Source: Candidatus Acidiferrales bacterium (lineage in GTDB: Bacteria; Acidobacteriota; Terriglobia; Acidiferrales; UBA7541). Taken from it: DNA of 64,000 nucleotides. Below the pieces are notes generated by a model, which worked only from the letters and a program-made list of their open reading frames with translations, ran no database searches and had not been told where the DNA came from. Positions 26,656 through 34,202 of the stretch are shown here, one piece after another; positions within the stretch are counted from its first letter, which is position 1; each line of letters starts with the position of its first letter. The position numbers and the translations under genes were made by a program. Location: contig CAWAPN010000010.1 in assembly GCA_963783955.1 (NCBI GenBank), positions 13,779 to 77,778 of the forward strand, given 5' to 3'.

Positions 26656-29618
26656 GCACGGAACGCGACGCGGTCGAGCTGTTCCTCCAGGAAGCCTCGG
26701 AGCACCTGCAGTATTTGCGGGAATACGTCGGCGTCTTGCAGGAAATTGCCCCGCGACGCGAAGACCTGGAGCGCCTGTACATCGCAGCTCACACCCTGAA
26801 GGGCACCTCGGCAACCTATAGCTTCCCGCGCTTCTCCGAAATTGCCGGAAAACTGGCGCACGTCTTTCAATACGCCCTGAACGCTCCTCTTGGCGACGAC
26901 CTCCACGGACCTCTCACGGAATTTCTGTCCGACGGCATCTCGCTACTCGAAACCAGCCTTATCGAAATCAGCGACACCGGCCGGGAAAATCGCGAAGATA
27001 TCTCCGCCTTCAAGGAACGCTATCGGTTCGCATTTCCTCCAGACCCGCCTCCGCTCAATCTAAGCATCATGAGCCCAGTTGCCGTTGAACACGCGGCGTC
27101 CGTCCACGCCGGAGTCGATACGCCGCCTCTCGAAACCGGCCTGACGGGTTCCTACTACGACGCGTTACCCTCGGACGATGACGTCCCCGACGAGATCCTG
27201 GAGTTTTTTCAGCCGGAAGCCGAAGAGCACCTCCAGATCGTCAGCGATTGCCTGCTTTCTCTCGAAGGCAACAACAATCCGGAAGAGATCAACCGCCTCT
27301 TCCGGGCCATTCACACCGTCAAAGGTTCCGCCGCACAAGTCGGCCTGCGCCGTCTCGGTTCGATTGCGCATCGCATTGAGGATCTGATTGGCCGTCTGCG
27401 CGACAGCGACCTCGAGCCGTCCCCCGACCTTGTCGATGTTTGTCTCGAGTCTGTCGACGTCCTCCGCAAAACCCTGCGCCGCGAGTGGTCGAGCGAAGTC
27501 GAAATGCGCGCCGGCGTCGATTCCCTGCTCGGCCGCATCGCCCAATACGCCCCGCCCGAAGGCGAGGAAACAGAGCAGCCGGCAGAGGCCGCCGCTGCCG
27601 AACAGGCAAAACGGGCGGAAGCAGCTACGGCCAAAGCGTCCGCAAAACCTGCGGCACAGAAAATGGCGGCTGCCACAAAATCCGTTCGCATTGCCCTGAG
27701 CCGCCTCGACCGCATGATGAACACCGTGGGCGAGCTCGTCATCAGCCGCACAAAGATGGTCGGCCGCGTCGCCGAACTCGACAAAATGATCGACACCCTC
27801 GGCTTCTCCAAGGAGCGCCTCCAGGGCAAGGTCACCGAATTCCAGGAAAAGTACGAATACAACCGCATTCGTTCGCAAATCGGCATGCCTTGGGCAAACA
27901 ATCAGCGCCAAAAACTCCTGGCCAGCGCCGCTGCCGGCGAAGGCTTCCTCGACGAGTTCAGCGAACTCGAAATGGATCGCTACGACGACTTCAACATCCT
28001 CTCCCGCTCGATGACCGAAATTTCCGCCGACGTCAACGAAGTCCTCTCTCAGCTCGAGGGCTACGTCAATCGCGTCGAAGGTGACATCCACGAGTTCACA
28101 AAGCTTGCCCACCATCTGCAGGATGAAATCACCGCCGCGCGCATGGTACCCATCGGGACTCTCTATTCCCTGCTCTCCCGCGCGGTCCGCGATGCCGCCA
28201 AATCATCCAAAAAGAATGTCGAACTGGACTTCTCCGGCAGTGAAACCGAACTGGACAACAACATCATCCAGCAGATTTCCGATCCGCTCGTGCATCTCGT
28301 AAGAAATTCCGTCGCCCACGGTATCGAAGTGCCCGCCGACCGTCTGGCCAAAGGCAAATCCGAGCAGGGCCACGTCAAGCTCCGCGCCTACCACCGCGGC
28401 AACCACATCTACATCGAAGTGGAAGACGACGGCCGCGGCATCGATTACCCTCGCGTTCGCCAAAGCGCCATCGATTGCGGCCTGGTCTCCACGGAAACCG
28501 CCGATCGCCTCACCGAGCGCGACCTTCGCGAGATGCTCTTCCATCCCGGCTTCTCCACCGCCACGGTCAAGACCGAATTGGCAGGCCGTGGAGTAGGGCT
28601 GGACGTCGTCCGCTCCAACCTCAACGCGCTAAACGGCGAAATCGAGGTCCACAGCGAAACAGGCCAGGGCACAAAGTTCACGCTGAAAGTTCCTCTCACG
28701 CTGATCATCTCGCCCGCGCTCTTCGTGCGCTGCGGCTCGAACCACTTTGCCCTGCCTCTCGCCGTGGTCGAAGAAATCCGTCGGCTTCGCGCCGATGAAA
28801 TCGAGGATATCGGCGGCAAGCTTCTTACTAAAGTTCGCGACGTCGTCACCGAAGTCGTCCGTCTCGATTCGTATCTCGGCCTTCCTCCGCTCGAACCCAT
28901 CAACGGCTACTTCCGCATGGTCGTCGCCAATGCCGGCAATCGCCAGGTCGGCCTTGTCGTCGAAGAAGTCCTCGGCAAAGACGAAATCGTCATCAAAAAC
29001 TTGGGCGAGTACTTGCGCCGCGTAAAACTTTTCCCCGGTACCACCATCGCTCCCGATGGCAGTCTCATCCTGCTCATCGATTTGAATCGTATGATTGCCA
29101 CCGAGCCCAATGAGCGGCGCCCGGTGCAAGCCAGTGCCAGCGCCTCTCGCGTTTTCGCGCCAGGATCCGCCGCCGTCGCCCGCGGCACCATTCCTACCGA
29201 GGCCATCGACCGCGTCGATCACGAACGCGTCATCGTAGTTGCCGACGATTCCATCAGTGTCCGCAAGTTTGTCGGCCGCATGCTCGAAAAAAATGGATAT
29301 CGCGCCAAACTTGCCGCCGACGGCCTGGAAGCCGCCGAGCTCGTCTCCCAGATCGGCTGCCACCTTGTGATCACCGACCTCGAAATGCCGCGCATGACCG
29401 GCTACGAACTAATGGCCCAGCTGCGCCAGAGTCCCGCCACAAAGCGCATTCCCGTCATGGTCGTCACTTCGCGCGCAGGGGCAAAACATCGCGATCGCGC
29501 CTTGAAAGAGGGCGCGTCTGCCTTCCTCACCAAACCCGTGCAGGAAGACCAGCTCCTGGCCGCCATCGAACAGCTCCTCGGAACGGAGGCGGCACGCCCG
29601 ATCGTGCCGGTTGGCTGA
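26652..29618 (+). CDS. cheA: Hybrid CheA histidine kinase: Hpt-Hpt-dimerisation-HATPase-CheW-like-receiver
   Basis: The GTG start overlaps the cheR stop (GTGA). Hpt1 AAHTLKGTSATYSF; Hpt2 AIHTVKGSAAQVGL. VRIALSRLDRMMNTVGELVI, HLVRNSVAHGIE, GRGVGLDVVRSNL. CheW-like region ALFVRCGSNHFALPL. C-terminal receiver VVADDS...VITDLEMP...VVTSR...LTKP. Confidence 0.9.
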   Translation: MSTERDAVELFLQEASEHLQYLREYVGVLQEIAPRREDLERLYIAAHTLKGTSATYSFPRFSEIAGKLAHVFQYALNAPLGDDLHGPLTEFLSDGISLLETSLIEISDTGRENREDISAFKERYRFAFPPDPPPLNLSIMSPVAVEHAASVHAGVDTPPLETGLTGSYYDALPSDDDVPDEILEFFQPEAEEHLQIVSDCLLSLEGNNNPEEINRLFRAIHTVKGSAAQVGLRRLGSIAHRIEDLIGRLRDSDLEPSPDLVDVCLESVDVLRKTLRREWSSEVEMRAGVDSLLGRIAQYAPPEGEETEQPAEAAAAEQAKRAEAATAKASAKPAAQKMAAATKSVRIALSRLDRMMNTVGELVISRTKMVGRVAELDKMIDTLGFSKERLQGKVTEFQEKYEYNRIRSQIGMPWANNQRQKLLASAAAGEGFLDEFSELEMDRYDDFNILSRSMTEISADVNEVLSQLEGYVNRVEGDIHEFTKLAHHLQDEITAARMVPIGTLYSLLSRAVRDAAKSSKKNVELDFSGSETELDNNIIQQISDPLVHLVRNSVAHGIEVPADRLAKGKSEQGHVKLRAYHRGNHIYIEVEDDGRGIDYPRVRQSAIDCGLVSTETADRLTERDLREMLFHPGFSTATVKTELAGRGVGLDVVRSNLNALNGEIEVHSETGQGTKFTLKVPLTLIISPALFVRCGSNHFALPLAVVEEIRRLRADEIEDIGGKLLTKVRDVVTEVVRLDSYLGLPPLEPINGYFRMVVANAGNRQVGLVVEEVLGKDEIVIKNLGEYLRRVKLFPGTTIAPDGSLILLIDLNRMIATEPNERRPVQASASASRVFAPGSAAVARGTIPTEAIDRVDHERVIVVADDSISVRKFVGRMLEKNGYRAKLAADGLEAAELVSQIGCHLVITDLEMPRMTGYELMAQLRQSPATKRIPVMVVTSRAGAKHRDRALKEGASAFLTKPVQEDQLLAAIEQLLGTEAARPIVPVG

Positions 29619-29621
29619 TCC

Positions 29622-30755
29622 ATGGTGAGCGCTGCCACAAGAAAATTCCGCGTACTCGTTGTGGACGACTCTGCCTTCATGTGCAAAGTCCTCGAAACCA
29701 TTTTCAATGCTGACAGCCAGCTTCAAGTCGTGGGACGCGCGAAAGACGGCCGCGAAGCGATCTCCCTCGCGGAATCGCTGAAGCCCGACGTAATCACGAT
29801 GGACCTCAACATGCCGCATTTGGATGGTCTCCAGGCTACCGCAACCATCATGACCAACAATCCGCGGCCGATCGTCATCGTCAGCTCCGAAAGCAAGGAA
29901 GGCGCGGCCAGCACGCTCAAAGCGCTCGAACTCGGCGCCATCGACTTCGTCACCAAACCCAACAGTGCCATCGACCTGGATATGCAAAGCATTAAAGACG
30001 AGCTTCTTCGCAAAGTCCGCGTCGCCGCCAAAGTACGCGTGGTGCGCACGGCCTCGCGCCTGGCAAATGCGATTCAAGCCCCCACGAAGAGCGCGCCCTC
30101 CGCTGCGCCAAGGGTCGCACGGCTGGCCAGGCCTGCTTGTTCTGAAAATTCGGACATGCGCTTCCCTGTCGTCGTCCTCGCAGCTTCGACCGGCGGGCCC
30201 GCCACCGTCATGCGTCTTGCCCCCGGCTTCACGCGCGATTTTCCGGCGGCCGTCATTCTCGTGCAGCACATGCCGGCTTCGTTCACGTCGCAATACGCGT
30301 TGCAACTCGCGGATTTCACCAGCATCCGCGTGAAAGAAGCGGAACCGAACGAAGCCATTCAGCCGGGCACATTTTATATTTGCCCCGGCGGCCAGCATCT
30401 TCGCGTCACGTCCACGGGACGCGTCGAACTCGACTCCAACTCCGGTCGCATCGACGGCTACCTGCCGAATATCGATGTGACCATGGAATCCGTCGCCGGC
30501 TTTGCAGGCCCGATGAGCATTGGCGTGGTCCTGACCGGCATGGGTAGCGATGGGGCCCGCGGCGCGCGCGCCATCAAAAACGCGGGCGGCTTGGTGATCG
30601 CCCAAGACGAAGCTACTTGTGTTATTTTCGGCATGCCCGCCGAAACCATCAAGACCGGCGTAGCCGACCAGATCCTCGGCATCGACGATATCTACGCCGC
30701 CATCGAAAAACGCGTTCTGGCCCTGAGCAAAGCAACGCCCGTAGGTACACGCTGA
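29622..30755 (+). CDS. cheB: Chemotaxis response regulator protein-glutamate methylesterase CheB
   Basis: Receiver VLVVDDSAFM...VITMDLNMP. Methylesterase blocks AASTGGP, VQHMPASFT, GMGSDGARG, AQDEATCVIFGMP. Confidence 0.9.
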   Translation: MVSAATRKFRVLVVDDSAFMCKVLETIFNADSQLQVVGRAKDGREAISLAESLKPDVITMDLNMPHLDGLQATATIMTNNPRPIVIVSSESKEGAASTLKALELGAIDFVTKPNSAIDLDMQSIKDELLRKVRVAAKVRVVRTASRLANAIQAPTKSAPSAAPRVARLARPACSENSDMRFPVVVLAASTGGPATVMRLAPGFTRDFPAAVILVQHMPASFTSQYALQLADFTSIRVKEAEPNEAIQPGTFYICPGGQHLRVTSTGRVELDSNSGRIDGYLPNIDVTMESVAGFAGPMSIGVVLTGMGSDGARGARAIKNAGGLVIAQDEATCVIFGMPAETIKTGVADQILGIDDIYAAIEKRVLALSKATPVGTR

Positions 30756-31288
30756 TGCGACTGGCTGCTCCAGCAAAATCGCCTGTCGCGCGCAGCGAGC
30801 AGATCATTCTCTTTCGCGCCGGCGGCCAGCTCTTCGCGATTTCTTCCGCTTCGGTTCAGGAAGTCCGCAGCGTCGATAGCCTGGCTGGCGTTGCCGTGCC
30901 GATCAACGAAACCAGTCTTGCCAAGGTTCGACACGCGATTCCCCGCACCGGCCGTAATCTTTACGTCGTCAACGCTCCGCTGCATTTCGGTCTGCGCCCC
31001 ACGCCCGCGGCGCTCATTTTTCTTCTTCGAAATTCGCGCGTTGCCTTGCTCGTCGACGGCATTGAAAAAATGACCACCATGACGCGCCTGCTGGCTCTAC
31101 CGGGTGCTTTCTGTCACGAAGAGCGCGCTTGGTATCGAGGCCTCACGGTACTCGACCAGAACGTCGTTCCCGTCGTGAATCCCGCGGGCTTTCTCTCCGC
31201 CCAGGAAATTTCGCAGCTCGATGCTTTCGCCGCGCAACAGACTTTGCCGGATAGCAACGCCGCAGCCCGGCCGGAAGTGACCGCATGA
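30755..31288 (+). CDS. CheW-like protein 2
   Basis: The ATG overlaps the cheB stop (TGATG). QIILFRAGGQLFAISSASVQEVRSV...RNLYVVNAPLHFGL has a CheW-like fold pattern but is divergent. Confidence 0.7.
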   Translation: MRLAAPAKSPVARSEQIILFRAGGQLFAISSASVQEVRSVDSLAGVAVPINETSLAKVRHAIPRTGRNLYVVNAPLHFGLRPTPAALIFLLRNSRVALLVDGIEKMTTMTRLLALPGAFCHEERAWYRGLTVLDQNVVPVVNPAGFLSAQEISQLDAFAAQQTLPDSNAAARPEVTA

Positions 31289-31767
31289 CCTGGATGGACC
31301 AAGCCGACACCTGCTCCTGCGTTCTCCTGCGTCTCGGCGAACGCCGCTTTGCCTTGGCCGCCAACCAAGTCGCGGAACTCGCCGCGCCAAGCCGGATTTT
31401 CCGTTTCGCTCACAAAACCCCGGAAATTGATGGTGTCATTCTCCGCCGTGGCCGCGTCGTTCCCGTCTGTGATATCGCCGAAACACTCACGGGCAAGAAA
31501 CTCACCCAGCGCCGCTTTTATTTGATCGCCACGCGGCGCCAACCCACGGGCCTCGACTGGATCGCTCTTCCTGTCAGCGGCGAGTGCGAACTGATCCAGG
31601 CGGACTTGACCCCCGCCGGCCCTTCGGATTCCCCACATGTCTCTGCATGGCTTTCCCATCAGGGCGAAGTCATCGAGGTCCTCAATCTTTCGGCGTTGAC
31701 TCCGGGCGTTGTTCCGCACGCCTCCCAAACCTCTGTCGCGCAAGTGCCGGAGGCGCAAGCATGCTGA
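31285..31767 (+). CDS. CheW-like protein 3
   Basis: ATGA overlap with the upstream gene. CVLLRLGERRFALAANQVAELAAP...EIDGVILRRGRVVPVCDI. Confidence 0.65.
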   Translation: MTWMDQADTCSCVLLRLGERRFALAANQVAELAAPSRIFRFAHKTPEIDGVILRRGRVVPVCDIAETLTGKKLTQRRFYLIATRRQPTGLDWIALPVSGECELIQADLTPAGPSDSPHVSAWLSHQGEVIEVLNLSALTPGVVPHASQTSVAQVPEAQAC

Positions 31768-32546
31768 TCCCCGGCAAACCCGCAAGGATTCTGCTCATCG
31801 ACAGCAATGTGCTCTTCGCCAAGCGTCTCGGCGATGCCCTAAAGCGCGAAGGGTTCGACGTCACATCCACGACACAAGCCACTTTCGCGCTCACCGCCCT
31901 CGAATACGACGCGCCCACCGCGATCGTTTGCGCCACCAATATGCGCGAAATGGGCGCGCTCGAAATCGCGCAAATCATCCACGCCGACCCGAAAAACAAC
32001 AACCTCCCCATCATTGCCACTGGCGACGGAAGCCAGGGCGCTCTTATGGAAGCCTTTCAAGCCGGCTGTGACGATTACATCGACCGCCATCTCTCCCCCG
32101 GCGTCATCGCCAACCACGTCAAAAACATCATCATCAGCAAAGTGGACGGCTTTCAGCCCACGCAAATGCTCGGCCAGGCGGATACCAGCCTCAGTGGCAA
32201 TCTCACCCACCACGATCTCACGGGCGTCATGCAAATGCTCAGCCAAGCCCGCCAAACCGGCGCCTTGACCATTAACGCGGGAGAAACAGACGCTGTGCTC
32301 TTCTTTGACGCGGGCGAAATCGTCCACGCGGAATGCGGCTCTCTTTTCGGTGATGAAGCTGTCCTCGATATTCTGAAAAGTTGCGTCCGCTGCGGCTCTG
32401 GCGTCTACAAATTTGTCTATGGCGCCGCCACTGCCCAGCGCACCGTACTGCGCTCCGCCACCGATCTCATGCTCGATGCCATGCGCGAATTTGACGAACA
32501 TGCGAACAATCAGGCCAATCAGCTCGCGGACAAGGAGGCTCTATGA
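31761..32546 (+). CDS. Pseudo-receiver domain fused to a PATAN (DUF4388) domain
   Basis: The ATG overlaps the upstream stop (ATGCTGA). Receiver fold ILLIDSNV...AIVCATNM has Ala/Thr where the phospho-Asp is expected. The C-terminal GNLTHHDLTGVMQMLSQARQTGALTINAGETDAVLFFDAGEIVHAE matches my recollection of the PATAN/DUF4388 signature. Confidence 0.7.
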   Translation: MLIPGKPARILLIDSNVLFAKRLGDALKREGFDVTSTTQATFALTALEYDAPTAIVCATNMREMGALEIAQIIHADPKNNNLPIIATGDGSQGALMEAFQAGCDDYIDRHLSPGVIANHVKNIIISKVDGFQPTQMLGQADTSLSGNLTHHDLTGVMQMLSQARQTGALTINAGETDAVLFFDAGEIVHAECGSLFGDEAVLDILKSCVRCGSGVYKFVYGAATAQRTVLRSATDLMLDAMREFDEHANNQANQLADKEAL

Positions 32547-33376
32547 GCGAAACCATCGCTATGCCGCCGCTTGACTCCACGGAGACCAAGCAAATCCCCA
32601 CGGTCTATTTCATCGACGACAGCGCCACCATGCGCGAAGTCATCAAGATCGCGTTTCGCCGCGAAAATATTCACGTAATCACCTGTGCCGACGCGGCCTC
32701 CGCCCTCAATCAATTCGAGCAGCATCCGCCGGACGTGGTCATCACCGACGTCATCATGCCGGACCAGGACGGCTACTCCGTCTGCAACCAGATCAAACAG
32801 AATCCCCAGTTCGGCAAAACTCCTGTCATTCTCATGTCCGGTGTGGTCAACAAATCCGTAGCCGATCGCGCCGTCGCCGTACAAGCCGATGAACTGGTCC
32901 GCAAGCCATTTCAACCGCAGGAGTTGATCGGCCGCGTCCGGAGCCTTCTGAACGCCAACAAGCCCGTCGAGCCTCTTAACCTCGATCAACCCGTTCCGTC
33001 GCTCGTTTTGGACAACCTGTTCGCTCCGCCTCCGACTCCGCCCGCCCCTGCGCCCGTGGCCGCCATGCCCGCGCCGCCAGCGCCCATTCCAGTTCGACCG
33101 CCCATTCCGGCAAAAACGAACCAGGAATCCGTCTGGCCCCGGGCCCTCGCTGAAGCTTTTGTCCAACAAAGTAACCAGTCCGCGCCATCGGCTCCGGCTC
33201 AGGAACTTGCGCCAGGCAATCGCCCCGGAGCCACGGCCTCCGACATCCATAAACTTCGCGCCGAAATCGCATGTCTCGAACTTCTCATCAAGAAACTGCA
33301 AACCGAACTCCAGATCGAGCGCCAATACAACCAAGCCCTCGAGCACCACGTCCGCGCGTTAACCAAAGTCGACTAA
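32543..33376 (+). CDS. Response regulator with Pro-rich linker and C-terminal coiled coil
   Basis: ATGA overlap with an AAGGAGG Shine-Dalgarno. Canonical receiver FIDDSATM, VVITDVIMP, LMSG, RKPF. This is followed by PPPTPPAPAPVAAMPAPPAPIPVRPPIP and a heptad-like tail LRAEIACLELLIKKLQTELQIERQYNQALEHHVRAL. Confidence 0.75.
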   Translation: MSETIAMPPLDSTETKQIPTVYFIDDSATMREVIKIAFRRENIHVITCADAASALNQFEQHPPDVVITDVIMPDQDGYSVCNQIKQNPQFGKTPVILMSGVVNKSVADRAVAVQADELVRKPFQPQELIGRVRSLLNANKPVEPLNLDQPVPSLVLDNLFAPPPTPPAPAPVAAMPAPPAPIPVRPPIPAKTNQESVWPRALAEAFVQQSNQSAPSAPAQELAPGNRPGATASDIHKLRAEIACLELLIKKLQTELQIERQYNQALEHHVRALTKVD

Positions 33377-33535
33377 CCGACCTTCTTCGTAGGCGCAACT
33401 CTGTTACCCCCAGGTTGGTCGTCGCTGGCGAAGGGTTGTGACCCCAAGTCCGTAGATCAGCGCGTCTGAAGAGGGGTCGCGCGCGCTCCAGGGCAATCAT
33501 TGACACTAAAGCGCTGCACTCTCACACTATCCGCC

Positions 33536-34113
33536 ATGCGATTCATCGCTGGATGCTTGCTCGCTTGCATGCTCCTTCCTTCGTCAAACCGCGCCGAGAC
33601 ACCGCAGTACGTGATCCTTCCGACCCACAGTTGGATCAAGTTCTCGGTCAAAGCGTCCGTAGCCCTCGCCGGCAGGTTCGACAAGTGGGACGCCACGCTG
33701 ACCTTCGCTTAACCGGATGTGACGACAGGCGTCCTCGAAGTATCAATTCAAGCGGACAGCGTGGACACGGGAAGCGGCATGAAAAACCGCAAACTCGCGG
33801 GTAAAGACTTCTTCGCCGTAGACGAAAATCCGACGATCACCTTCAAGTCAAAAGTCGTCCGCACCGGGCCAAATACCTTCGAAGTGGACGGCGACTTCTC
33901 CATTCGAGGCGTCTCCAACCCCGAAAAGCTCACGCTCATTGTTTCCAGCCACCATCCGGACCCCGGCGAGATTGAAGGGAAAATGGTCTTCGATCGCAAG
34001 ACTACGGGATCACCAAAGGAATCCCCTTCATCAAAATCGCAGACCACGTCGAGGTTAATTTCAACCTGAAAACAGCCCGCACCAGCGGGCCCCCGCTCAA
34101 TCTGAAACAATAG
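33536..34113 (+). pseudogene. YceI-family periplasmic protein gene disrupted by an in-frame TAA and a 1-nt deletion
   Basis: Signal peptide MRFIAGCLLACMLLPSS, then ...GRFDKWDATLTFA-TAA(33710-33712)-PDVTTGVLEVSIQADSVDTGSGMKNRKLAGKDFF... in the same frame. After DRK (about 34000) the -1 frame reads DYGITKGIPFIKIADHVEVNFNLK, which is the canonical YceI C-terminus. Confidence 0.75.
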
Positions 34114-34202
34114 CCTCCAGGGTTGCTTTCCTATGGACGGCCGTCTAGTGAGGCGGGCCGTTTGATCACAGCCATGAATTGAAAATGCGCGCGGCCGATG
34201 CC

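Noticed and set aside
29409-30776. 455-aa minus-strand ORF, plus similar long ORFs at 24676-25692 and 27165-28115
   Set aside because: They are shadow ORFs antisense to cheB, the MCP and cheA respectively, all of which carry canonical motifs on the plus strand.
33710-33712. In-frame TAA in yceI considered as programmed readthrough or recoding
   Set aside because: TAA is the least readthrough-prone stop, there is no recoding signal, and the same gene also carries a frameshift. A pseudogene or sequence error is the simpler explanation.
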